A DNA stretch of 51,370 nucleotides, taken from assembly GCA_030612505.1 (NCBI GenBank), contig JAUWNU010000003.1:1-51370 (forward strand). The letters run 5' to 3'. Below the pieces are notes generated by a model. That model ran no database searches and was not told the DNA's origin. It worked only from the letters and a program-made list of their open reading frames with translations. This document shows, in pieces, positions 43,555 to 51,370 of this stretch. The translations under genes and the position numbers were made by a program. This DNA comes from Methanomassiliicoccales archaeon. GTDB taxonomy: Archaea; Thermoplasmatota; Thermoplasmata; SG8-5. Each line of letters starts with the position of its first letter. Within the stretch, counting starts at the first letter, position 1.

Positions 43555-44983
43555 ACTCATCCGCCGCCTCCAGAAACTTCCTTCCCTTTTCGGTGAGAAT
43601 GTATCGGCCAGTCTTTGGTGCGCCTTCGAACAGTATAAGTTCGGCTTCCTTCAAGAGTGCTATGTCTCTTTCTGCCGTTGCCGTGGAGATTCCGAAGGTC
43701 TTCTCCATCATATTGCGGGTGATGGACTTCTCCCGGTATATTGTTACCAACTCTCTGGCCAACCTTTGTTTTACGCCCTCATTTACTCCCTCACGTACCC
43801 CCTCATTTACTCCCTCATATGCTATGGCCAGCATCTTCCTGATTTGTGGGGTGACTTGCGGGGTGACTTCCTCGATTTCCTCTCTGTGGAATACCACCAG
43901 AAACCCAGTCTTGAGTTTCTTGAATTCGACTCGCACACCCTCGGACTCGCATTCATCGTATATTCTCTTGAGGCCGGACCCCCATCTCTCGATGTCTTTG
44001 CTCAGAAACAGGGTGCTGGCAAGCAGGGGATTTCTTAGAATGGAGCGTTCCTCGCCCTTTATGAAGTCCTCCGGTTCGAACTCGTCCGGGAACTGGCCTG
44101 GATTGTAGATTTCTATACGATCCTTGAAAATCGCAATTTCATTTCCCTTGGGATTAACATAATCCCTGTGGCAGAGCGAGTTTACAATAGCTTCCCTGAG
44201 TGCTTTCACCGGAATTTCGGGTATTTCCTCGCGCTCAAGTTTTCCGAATTTAACACTCCATTTCATATGATTCTTGACATAAAGCTCGGATTCCTTCAAA
44301 ACATGAAAGAGATCTCCTTTCAGTTGGTTAATGTCAAGGAAAGTCAGCTTGTCGGTTCCGGCAAATATTGCGGTCTGGACCTCAAGCTGGTTATTATCAC
44401 AGAAAAGAACCTCCGCGGCTCTGGACAGTTTTCCGTCAAAGAGAAGGCCTAATTTATTCAAGGTCGGAACCAGACCCAGGTACTCGAAATCTATCCTGCC
44501 AGCTTCGTTTGCCTTTTTTGTGAAATCTATCAGCAGTTCCTCGTTCACATCATTCGGTTCAGCATTGGATGGCTGGCTGTCCCAGGGGAATAATTTCTCG
44601 CCCTTCTTTAATATCTGTTTCTCTATTTGACCGGGACTCATCTGTCTGTCCTCGTCACCAACTCTCATGTATGCTTTTCCATAGGCATAATAAAGGTTTT
44701 CTGAACCCTCGAATTCGACAATTATGCAGTCATTACCCTCTAGTTGAACAGTCTCGACTCTGGGAAATATCATGGGTTTTATATGATTGGAAATTGCCTG
44801 GGATATGTCTCTGATGGTGTCCTGACCAATTTGCTGGCCTATAACCGTGCCGTTGTTCTTGATTCCGAAATACAACTGCCCCATTTTATGCTTGTTCAAT
44901 ATTGAAGCAATTGATATGATACCCTCCTTCAATTCGGAAGTGGATTTCTTCAATTCCAGGGTTTCGGATTCTTTAAATTTCAT
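43553..44983 (-). CDS. Schlafen/AlbA_2 domain + HATPase_c_4 ('RecG C-terminal') + winged-HTH protein
   Basis: ESETLELKKS..SILN..GQLYFGIKNNG, ALREAIVNSLCHRDY, DRIEIYNPG, RNPLLA, IERWGSG, C-terminal GISTATAERDI..L..EG..KTGRY. Confidence 0.88.
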   Translation of the reverse strand: MKFKESETLELKKSTSELKEGIISIASILNKHKMGQLYFGIKNNGTVIGQQIGQDTIRDISQAISNHIKPMIFPRVETVQLEGNDCIIVEFEGSENLYYAYGKAYMRVGDEDRQMSPGQIEKQILKKGEKLFPWDSQPSNAEPNDVNEELLIDFTKKANEAGRIDFEYLGLVPTLNKLGLLFDGKLSRAAEVLFCDNNQLEVQTAIFAGTDKLTFLDINQLKGDLFHVLKESELYVKNHMKWSVKFGKLEREEIPEIPVKALREAIVNSLCHRDYVNPKGNEIAIFKDRIEIYNPGQFPDEFEPEDFIKGEERSILRNPLLASTLFLSKDIERWGSGLKRIYDECESEGVRVEFKKLKTGFLVVFHREEIEEVTPQVTPQIRKMLAIAYEGVNEGVREGVNEGVKQRLARELVTIYREKSITRNMMEKTFGISTATAERDIALLKEAELILFEGAPKTGRYILTEKGRKFLEAADE

Positions 44984-45080
44984 GTCCAAACTCCTTCAAA
45001 TTTTCCTTAATCTGCTCTTCCAGTTTCCGGCTTTCCTCGAATTGCTTCGTGAGTTTCTTCATTTTTTGCCAAAATGTCAT
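44973..45080 (-). pseudogene. hsdM: C-terminal remnant of a type I R-M methyltransferase
   Basis: MTFWQKMKKLTKQFEESRKLEEQIKENLKEFGHEI* resembles the HsdM terminal helix (FEEKMxRLT..QFxESxxLExxIxxNLxxLGY); its stop overlaps the AlbA_2 start. Confidence 0.65.
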
Positions 45081-45149
45081 CCCCTGTGGAAGTTATCTAA
45101 GAGGGGAATACCATATGAGAATATTACCTTTGGGATACTAAAAAGTACT

Positions 45150-45255
45150 ATCGCAAGGGCCGCCGAAACAATCCCCGAACGATATCACTTTAAGAGTGAG
45201 ACGCGGTCATGGACCTGGCCATGGGCGCTATACCAGTTCTTATTTCATCATCTTG
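45150..45255. repeat. Structured intergenic repeat, copy 3 of 3 (diverged left arm)
   Basis: CCCGAACGATATCACTTTAAGAGTGAGACGCGGTCATGGACCTGGCCATG..CCAGTTCTTATTTCATCATCTTG; upstream ATCGnnAGGGC at the same spacing as in copies 1 and 2. Confidence 0.88.
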
Positions 45256-45324
45256 ACTCAACACCAATGATAACCTCATAAGAACATTTTTAACCCGCCC
45301 CCTCATCCACAAGCCAGGGAAATC

Positions 45325-46602
45325 ATGATAACCTTACTGACAATCATAATGCTGGCCTGCTTCATCGTAGCCCTGGGGCTGTTCATATTCATGATGCGGT
45401 TCGCTGTGAAGACCGAGGTTGTTGTCACCACTGCCTTGCTTACCTTGCTTGCGGCTGCTGGCTTATTCTCCTGGGCTATTCTTTCGGCTGCCGAAACTGC
45501 CCTTCCCCAGTGGTCGGATATTGCCTATCTTTGCGCGATTTTGATGTTTCCGCTTCTGATAATTCTGTTCATCCAGCGTTCCACCGCCCAGTCGCTTATT
45601 ATTACCAGCATGAAAGGCCGGATTATGGTATTTGGTCCCTTGCTTGGTCAGCTTGTCACCCACTTTTTGCTCCCTGAGGATGTCTCGAGATTTACTGACT
45701 TCATGTTCTTTATATTCTGGCTTGCACTTTCATTCATTGTCTGGAACATGCTTTTCAAGAGAATGCAGGAAACAGCCTCCGATATTAGAAAAAAACAATT
45801 GGAATTCATGCTGGCCTCATTTTTTGTGGTTATTTTATATAATATTCCCATTATATTTAGTTTATTTGTGCCAGACCTTGGAGAGTTCAGCATTTTCTTC
45901 AGCATGGGAATTGTTGTCTCGCTCCTGGTGACTGTTCGAGGTCTTGTTCAGTACCAGATGGTCATTGGTACAGAACTTCTGGTTCGGAATTCTCTTATTG
46001 TCTTATTGACATCCATAATCTGTGTTACTGGCTTCATCGTTACCCAGCTTGCGGTTCTATCCTCGGTTGGCAGTTTCGGCCCCAGTACCCAGATATTGAT
46101 TAGCACGGTGATGCTGATTGTTATTGTGCTGAGCATCAATCTTATTGGCAATATGGCAACCAACCTTGTTGAGCGTATTTCTCCCCAGCTCAAGTGGCAA
46201 GAGTCTAAAGTTCAAGAAATATTCATCCTTCACACAAACAGCCTGGTAATCGCCCATGCTGGCACCCATGAGGAAACTGGCATTGACAGGGATATGGTTG
46301 GGGGCATGCTTACTGCCATCCAGAACTTCGTCCAGGAAGCTTTTAATGCCTCTGAGATGGACAGTTTAAAGTCATTATCCATGGGAAATCTGAGGGTATT
46401 AATTGAGGCAAGGGGCTGTGTGGTTGTTGCTGTTCTGTTCACTGGTCACGAGGCCAGGGAGCTTCGCAAGGGTGTAATGCGGCTCATGGACGAGCTGGAT
46501 GAAAATTATGGGCCAGTGCTTCGTGAATGGCGAGGCGATAAACGCAGCGTCTTGGGTGTCCAGGAATGGCTTGAGGGCGTTCTTGAAAAAATGGCTAGTT
46601 AA
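45325..46602 (+). CDS. Polytopic membrane protein (~9 TM, HisKA_7TM-like sensor) fused to a C-terminal roadblock/longin-like domain
   Basis: Nine hydrophobic segments; IRKKQLEFM loop; C-terminal VQEIFILHTNSLVIAH..DMVGGMLTAIQNFVQEAF..LRVLIE..VVVAVL..WRGD. Confidence 0.7.
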   Translation: MITLLTIIMLACFIVALGLFIFMMRFAVKTEVVVTTALLTLLAAAGLFSWAILSAAETALPQWSDIAYLCAILMFPLLIILFIQRSTAQSLIITSMKGRIMVFGPLLGQLVTHFLLPEDVSRFTDFMFFIFWLALSFIVWNMLFKRMQETASDIRKKQLEFMLASFFVVILYNIPIIFSLFVPDLGEFSIFFSMGIVVSLLVTVRGLVQYQMVIGTELLVRNSLIVLLTSIICVTGFIVTQLAVLSSVGSFGPSTQILISTVMLIVIVLSINLIGNMATNLVERISPQLKWQESKVQEIFILHTNSLVIAHAGTHEETGIDRDMVGGMLTAIQNFVQEAFNASEMDSLKSLSMGNLRVLIEARGCVVVAVLFTGHEARELRKGVMRLMDELDENYGPVLREWRGDKRSVLGVQEWLEGVLEKMAS

Positions 46603-46800
46603 GGGTATGTGTATGGTTATCGTTAACAGAGGGTCTACACTTAATTACCGCTAATAAAGGGTCTATGTTTAGTTATCGTTAATGAGGGTCTTTGCTTAAT
46701 TATCGTTAGTGAGGGTCTATGTTTGGTTATTGTTACTGAGGGTCTGTGTTTGGTTATCGTTAGTGAGGGTCTGTGTTTGGTTATTGTTAGTAAGGGTCTA
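46601..46800 (+). repeat. Tandem array of ~7.3 units of 27-28 bp (consensus GAGGGTCTRTGTTTGGTTATYGTTAGT)
   Basis: Unit starts at 46601, 46629, 46657, 46684, 46711, 46738, 46765 and 46792. Confidence 0.93.
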
Positions 46801-46883
46801 GGGTTTTTTGACTGGATACCCTAGGCAATAAATGAGCTGGGTTTTGGTTCACTGGCCTCATTAATTTTCCCTAGGCCCTGAAC

Positions 46884-46991
46884 CCTTCTGCTATCAGATT
46901 GAGTCTGATAGCTGTAGACCCTGATTTTGATACTCCAGCCTCATTAATTTATCCTTCTGCTATCAGATTAGGTCTGATAGCGGTAGACCCT
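46884..46991. repeat. Duplicated 38-bp unit containing the hairpin GCTATCAGA-N5-TCTGATAGC followed by TAGACCC
   Basis: CCTTCTGCTATCAGATTGAGTCTGATAGCTGTAGACCC (46884) and CCTTCTGCTATCAGATTAGGTCTGATAGCGGTAGACCC (46953); GCCTCATTAATTT precedes both. Confidence 0.9.
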
Positions 46992-47059
46992 TTGTACATG
47001 AATATAAACATAGACCCTATCACTTTTGTATAGAAACTTAGACCCTAGCCCCTAGACCC
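46984..47059 (-). repeat. Inverted GGGTCTA boxes (TAGACCC on +) with the same 27-28-bp phasing
   Basis: TAGACCC at 46984, 47011 and 47039 (also 46915 and 47053); AAACATAGACCCT at 47006 is the exact reverse complement of AGGGTCTATGTTT in left-array units. Confidence 0.8.
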
Positions 47060-47131
47060 AAACATAATGTAAGCAATCTATGCTCCTCACCAAAAATGTA
47101 AATATACAATCACCAATCCTGCCACGATACC

Positions 47132-48022
47132 ATGGAAGAAGTGCTGAAGAAAGTTGTACTGCTGGGGGATTCGGCTGTTGGCAAGACCAGTCTAATGAAT
47201 CGTTTTATTAAGAATGCATTTGATGATAGCTATATCAGCACAGTAGGTGCCAAGGTTTCCAAGAAGGTTGTGAACGTTTCATTTGATAATGTGGATTATG
47301 CAGTTTCATTCATGCTCTGGGATATTATTGGTAGTGAAGGATATAAATCCACCCAGTCAAGGCATATTGCAGGTCTCAATGGCGCAATAATCGTTGCTGA
47401 CCTCTCCAGGCCCGAGACCATTCAAAAGTTGGAAGAATACTGGATCCCGCTTCTTAATGAAACAACTGCTGGAGTAATGCCGCCTATCCTGTTTGTTGGA
47501 AATAAACTGGACCTGGTTGATGCGGAAGCATCCTTCAAAGCATTAACAGAATTTACAGAGATGGACAGCAGAGTACGCCAGGAAGATATTGTTGATAAGT
47601 TCAAAGCTCTCCAACCCTATGTAGTGACAAGTGCCAAGACCGGCCATGGAGTTGAGGAAGGTTTCTCTACCCTTGGAACAATGATGGTCATGGAACATGA
47701 GAGTTATGAGCCAATGACCAGGCAGATGGATGAAATTGTGGCAGACTCAATTTATGAGACCGATGAAAGAAAAACTGCCAGGTCTGTATTAGACATGGTC
47801 ATTGCTGACTTTCCCTTTGTGGTTATGTCATCTGGCGTTTCCAGGGACATTCTCCAGGAATGCTTCGGCAAGTCAAATGTATCCAAGGACAAGCCAACTC
47901 CCAAGGGCATAAAAGAACTTATTGATACCTTGCTGGCAAGGGCATTGGAAGAAGGTGCCGATGAAGATATTGTGGAACAACATCGCAAAAAATGGCTGGA
48001 TAAACTGGGAAGGTTCGGGTAG
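47132..48022 (+). CDS. Rab/Ras-like small GTPase with ~100-aa C-terminal helical extension
   Basis: G1 GDSAVGKTS, G2 YISTVG, G3 LWDIIGS, G4 GNKLD, G5 TSAKTG; no C-terminal prenylation Cys. Confidence 0.9.
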   Translation: MEEVLKKVVLLGDSAVGKTSLMNRFIKNAFDDSYISTVGAKVSKKVVNVSFDNVDYAVSFMLWDIIGSEGYKSTQSRHIAGLNGAIIVADLSRPETIQKLEEYWIPLLNETTAGVMPPILFVGNKLDLVDAEASFKALTEFTEMDSRVRQEDIVDKFKALQPYVVTSAKTGHGVEEGFSTLGTMMVMEHESYEPMTRQMDEIVADSIYETDERKTARSVLDMVIADFPFVVMSSGVSRDILQECFGKSNVSKDKPTPKGIKELIDTLLARALEEGADEDIVEQHRKKWLDKLGRFG

Positions 48023-48260
48023 CCCCCGTATCCGCAAACATTAATTCAAATTTTCCGAATTTGAATATGCAGGCATACGGCCAATACTGGAAAACATTCA
48101 TCCTTGATGCCTGGCGATATAAAACGTCAGTTCAAGGAGGGTCGTTTTCTTCAATAATTGTTGAACAAGCCATTATAAGCTTTATAGATTAAGTGGATAC
48201 TAGTTTCCACTCTGTTTAAATAATCTGCACATCTAATTAGGTGTAAGTTCGGGCGATGAT

Positions 48261-49706
48261 ATGAGCGACGAGAAAAAAGGCAAAAAAGGTATGGCAATCT
48301 TCGGTGTGATATGCTTTGGCCAGATGATTTCCATCTTTGGCTCGGCAATGACTCAATTTGGTTTGATGATATGGGCCTGGCAGCAGACCGGCCAGGCAAC
48401 CTCTCTTGCCCTTATTGGGTTCTTTGCATTTGCACCAGCACTTATCATGGCACCCATTGCCGGAGCTCTTGTTGATCGCTGGAACCGCAAGATTACCATT
48501 ATCCTCAGTGACCTTGGAGCCGGTCTCGGGACAGTTATTGGTCTGATTTTATTCACATCTGGTATGCTGGAGATATGGCATCTCTATGTCATTGCTGCCA
48601 TGGTGGGTGCATTCGGTTCATTCCATTTTCCTGCTTACTCCGCTGCCATCACCATGCTGGTTGAGAAGGAGAACTATGAACGGGCTACTGCCATATGGGG
48701 GCTGGCCGGTGCAATAGGCGGTGGAATTCTCGGGCCTGCAATGGCTGTGCTTCTCCTGGCCTTGGTTGGCTTGTCTGGCGTACTCACATTTGACATCCTT
48801 ACATTCACATTTGCAATCGGCCTGATACTGCTCATTAAGATTCCTGAGCCCAAGCGAGCAAAGGACATTGGCAAAGGAATTAAAGGTCTTTTCAAGGATG
48901 CTGGCTATGGTTTCAAATACATATTCAAGCGCAAATCGCTACTTGGGCTTCAGCTCACTTATTTTACTTCTAACTTCTTTGGCAATATGGGCATGATATT
49001 ACTTGCTCCAATGATCCTAGCCATAACTGCCAGTAATGAACTATCACTGGCCACGGTCATGGCTGGTATGGGCGCTGGAAGTATCGTAGGCGGCATTATT
49101 CTGACATTCTGGGGCGGTTCAAAGACCAATAAGATACTCGTAATAATGACTGGCATAGTGATAGAAGGTGTTTGTCAAATTTTCTTCGGTCTCAGCACAA
49201 GTGTCATAATGTGGACCACTATTGGATTCATTCTTGCAATGTCCGGGCCATTCGTGTTCGGTTCCAGCCAGGCAATCTGGCAGAGGAAAGTACCTGCTAA
49301 TCGTCAGGGCCGGGTATTTGCTGCCAGGGGAGTCATCGCAATGTCTGCCGGCGCAATTGGCATGGTTCTGGCTGGCCCACTGGCTGATTTAATATTCGAG
49401 CCTGGAATGATGGAAGGCGGCAATATGGCAATGACATTCGGTTGGCTTCTGGGCACCGGGCCTGGAACTGGAATAAAGCTCATAATGGTTATATGTGGTA
49501 TAGCTTCTGCAATGACCGCTCTTGTGGCACTTAGCATCCCCAGAATAAGAAATGTTGAAACACTGGTGCTGGATGCCGACGATCCAAAAGCAATTCTTGA
49601 AGTATTCAAGGATGATTTAATGGTGGCCTACAAAGCCAGGAAAATTTCAAAGGATAAACTTCAATCTCTATACGAGAAAAAGAAGTTAAAACTTTTACCA
49701 AAATGA
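48261..49706 (+). CDS. MFS transporter (MFS_3/macrolide-efflux-like)
   Basis: GQMISIFGSAMT, AGALVDRWNRK (motif A), QRKVPANRQGRVF, ~12 TM. Confidence 0.9.
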   Translation: MSDEKKGKKGMAIFGVICFGQMISIFGSAMTQFGLMIWAWQQTGQATSLALIGFFAFAPALIMAPIAGALVDRWNRKITIILSDLGAGLGTVIGLILFTSGMLEIWHLYVIAAMVGAFGSFHFPAYSAAITMLVEKENYERATAIWGLAGAIGGGILGPAMAVLLLALVGLSGVLTFDILTFTFAIGLILLIKIPEPKRAKDIGKGIKGLFKDAGYGFKYIFKRKSLLGLQLTYFTSNFFGNMGMILLAPMILAITASNELSLATVMAGMGAGSIVGGIILTFWGGSKTNKILVIMTGIVIEGVCQIFFGLSTSVIMWTTIGFILAMSGPFVFGSSQAIWQRKVPANRQGRVFAARGVIAMSAGAIGMVLAGPLADLIFEPGMMEGGNMAMTFGWLLGTGPGTGIKLIMVICGIASAMTALVALSIPRIRNVETLVLDADDPKAILEVFKDDLMVAYKARKISKDKLQSLYEKKKLKLLPK

Positions 49707-49742
49707 TTTTTACCTTGAAGTTAATCTATATGTGGTGAGAAA

Positions 49743-50225
49743 GTGGAACTTAAAACAGTCAAGATTAATAATCCAGATAATTTGAACATAATAATAGGCC
49801 AGTCGCATTTTGTAAAGACTGCCGAAGATATTTATGAGGCAATGATGAATTCCCTGCCTGATGCCAAGTTTGCAGTGGCATTCTGCGAGGCCAGCATGAA
49901 CCGCCTGGTCCGGATTGAAGGAACCGACGAAGAACTCAAGAAACTTGCTGGAGAAAATGCGTATGCCCTGTCTGCTGGACACTGTTTTTTCGTCATCATG
50001 AGGGATGCTTTTCCAATAAATGTTCTCGGGGCAATCAAGAATGTGCCAGAGGTATGCGGCATATTCTGTGCAACTGCAAATCAGGTGGAGGTTATTATCG
50101 TGGAAAATGAGAATGGCCGTGGAATTCTTGGAGTAATCGACGGTGAGCCGCCGGTTGGCATTGAAGGGCCAGAGGATGCCCAGAAGCGGAAAGAGCTTCT
50201 CAGGAACTTCGGATACAAGAGATGA
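49743..50225 (+). CDS. Adenosine-specific kinase / DUF355 family
   Basis: NIIIGQSHFVKTAED, AFCEAS, GHCF, FPINVL..VPEVC.IFCATAN, GRGILGVIDG, GYKR. Confidence 0.88.
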   Translation: MELKTVKINNPDNLNIIIGQSHFVKTAEDIYEAMMNSLPDAKFAVAFCEASMNRLVRIEGTDEELKKLAGENAYALSAGHCFFVIMRDAFPINVLGAIKNVPEVCGIFCATANQVEVIIVENENGRGILGVIDGEPPVGIEGPEDAQKRKELLRNFGYKR

Positions 50226-50238
50226 GCCAGTGAAATAA

Positions 50239-51369
50239 TCACAGGTCATTCAGGTGCTCATTCACCTTTTCCAGGTATTTCTTGGCCCCTATCTCTTCGA
50301 ATATATTAGCAGCCTTTTGCAGAAGTTTTTCTGCATTTGTTTTTTCACCTTTTTCAGCATACATGATGCCCCATTCCATGTCCAGATGTGCCGAATTGAA
50401 TGGTGAATTTATCTTGTCCAGCCGTGTTTCCGCTTCCCTGAAACTCTCCTCTGCACTGGTCCATTGCTCCTTGAATTTGTAGGCAACACCCAGATTTCTA
50501 TATGCTGCTGAAACTCCAACATGGTCATGCAGCTTGTCCAGGATTTCTATTGCTTCATTGCATTTCACAATTGCCTCATCTGGATTTCCTGACATAGCCA
50601 GTGCCTCAGCGCTATTGAAAAGGCTCCAGCCGATCATGCTAATGTGATTGATCTTTGTGGCAGATTGTTTGCACAAATCGAAATATTTTATGGCCTCTTC
50701 CCATTGCTGCAACTGGAGGAAAGTATCTCCAAGATTGTTGTAGGCCCTTGATAGTTGCTGCCATTCTCTGGCATCCTCCAATAATTTGATGCTTTCAAGA
50801 TAATGACCTATGGCCTCTTCCAGTTCACCCCTATCACTATTCACCAATCCCATTTCTATATTGACCATGCCTATCATTGCCTTGTCTCCTGACTTATTGG
50901 CATTCTCCATTGCAACCTTGAAATTTGATTTAGCATTGTCATAATCACCTTTGCGCCAGTAAACATATCCCAGGCCCCGGTGAGCATCAGCAGTTCCTGC
51001 GGCACTGTTTATGTTTTCAAGGGTTTCCAGGCTAGCCATGAAGGACTTGATTGCATTATCCCATTCGCTCTGGCGCTTGAATATGTGACCAGTGTTTCTC
51101 TGTGCCTCTGCCAATTTGAATTTATCATCCAGTTTCTGGCTGATTCTTATGACTCGCTTGTAATAGCCCAATGCATCGTCCCAGTCACCAATGGTGTAAG
51201 ATATGTTAGCAAGTTTGAGATAGGCATCCAGTTCTCTGCGCTCTGTTAAAGGATCTGACTGGTTGGATTTAATATCCTTGAGCTCGCTTAGTATTTTGAA
51301 TTTCTGAATTTCCTTGCCAATCCTCTGGGCCTTGTCATTGCCCATCATTGGCCTCAAAGCTCGCATCCT
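50239..51369 (-). CDS. Tetratricopeptide-repeat protein (probably the C-terminal part of a longer protein beyond the window)
   Basis: Repeated AxxNLG..Y..G.W..A...Y TPR units of ~40 aa; frame is open to the window edge. Confidence 0.85.
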   Translation of the reverse strand, partial: RMRALRPMMGNDKAQRIGKEIQKFKILSELKDIKSNQSDPLTERRELDAYLKLANISYTIGDWDDALGYYKRVIRISQKLDDKFKLAEAQRNTGHIFKRQSEWDNAIKSFMASLETLENINSAAGTADAHRGLGYVYWRKGDYDNAKSNFKVAMENANKSGDKAMIGMVNIEMGLVNSDRGELEEAIGHYLESIKLLEDAREWQQLSRAYNNLGDTFLQLQQWEEAIKYFDLCKQSATKINHISMIGWSLFNSAEALAMSGNPDEAIVKCNEAIEILDKLHDHVGVSAAYRNLGVAYKFKEQWTSAEESFREAETRLDKINSPFNSAHLDMEWGIMYAEKGEKTNAEKLLQKAANIFEEIGAKKYLEKVNEHLNDL

Positions 51370-51370
51370 T

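Noticed and set aside
42723-45255. Canonical integron attC, group II intron end, or hammerhead/twister/pistol ribozyme as the identity of the 3-copy repeat
   Set aside because: No RYYYAAC/GTTRRRY pair with correct L-box spacing, no domain V AGC triad with GNRA loop, and no CUGANGA/GAAA or complete twister core on either strand
46601-46800. CRISPR array
   Set aside because: Units are contiguous 27-28-bp tandem repeats with no unique spacers, and there are no cas genes in the window
13750-48022. Genome-wide TAG reassignment (Gln or Pyl), suggested by in-frame TAGs in wecB and tnpA
   Set aside because: TAG ends several apparently complete genes here (wecC, GT4, GT2, A24 peptidase, GTPase), and the nearby wecC Cys->Tyr change favours local decay. 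Not fully excluded without the whole genome.

Overview
Archaeal chromosomal window, most likely Thermoplasmata (TFS, FlaK-type peptidase, NosD/PKD surface proteins, roadblock protein and small GTPase). It opens with an ATP-citrate lyase alpha gene directly followed by a monomeric isocitrate dehydrogenase. Next come a 1899-aa protein joining a large beta-helix/PKD ectodomain to a cytoplasmic double winged-HTH, a radical SAM gene, a secreted beta-helix protein and TFS. An ~18 kb surface-glycan locus follows. Its ManNAcA arm looks decayed (wecB has an in-frame TAG, wecC has catalytic Cys->Tyr, and there is a methyltransferase/GNAT fusion scar). A low-GC CDP-sugar/C-methyl-sugar block and a tnpA-only IS200 sit inside it. 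Core genes follow (mscS, A24 peptidase, HhH-GPD, pyrK, pyrD). A minus-strand defence-like island (Hhe-type DUF4011 helicase-nuclease, Schlafen/AlbA_2 protein, two orphans, an hsdM tail) is punctuated by three copies of a ~110-bp multi-hairpin repeat. A 9-TM roadblock/longin-like protein and a Rab-like GTPase are separated by convergent, 27-28-bp-phased GGGTCT/TAGACCC box arrays around twin hairpins. The window ends with an MFS transporter, adenosine-specific kinase and a TPR protein. The best candidates for undescribed biology are the structured repeat/cassette island, the phased inverted array, the TM-roadblock plus GTPase pair, the giant membrane-tethered regulator and a dispersed ~200-bp non-coding repeat. 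All family calls come from motif recognition by eye; no searches were run.
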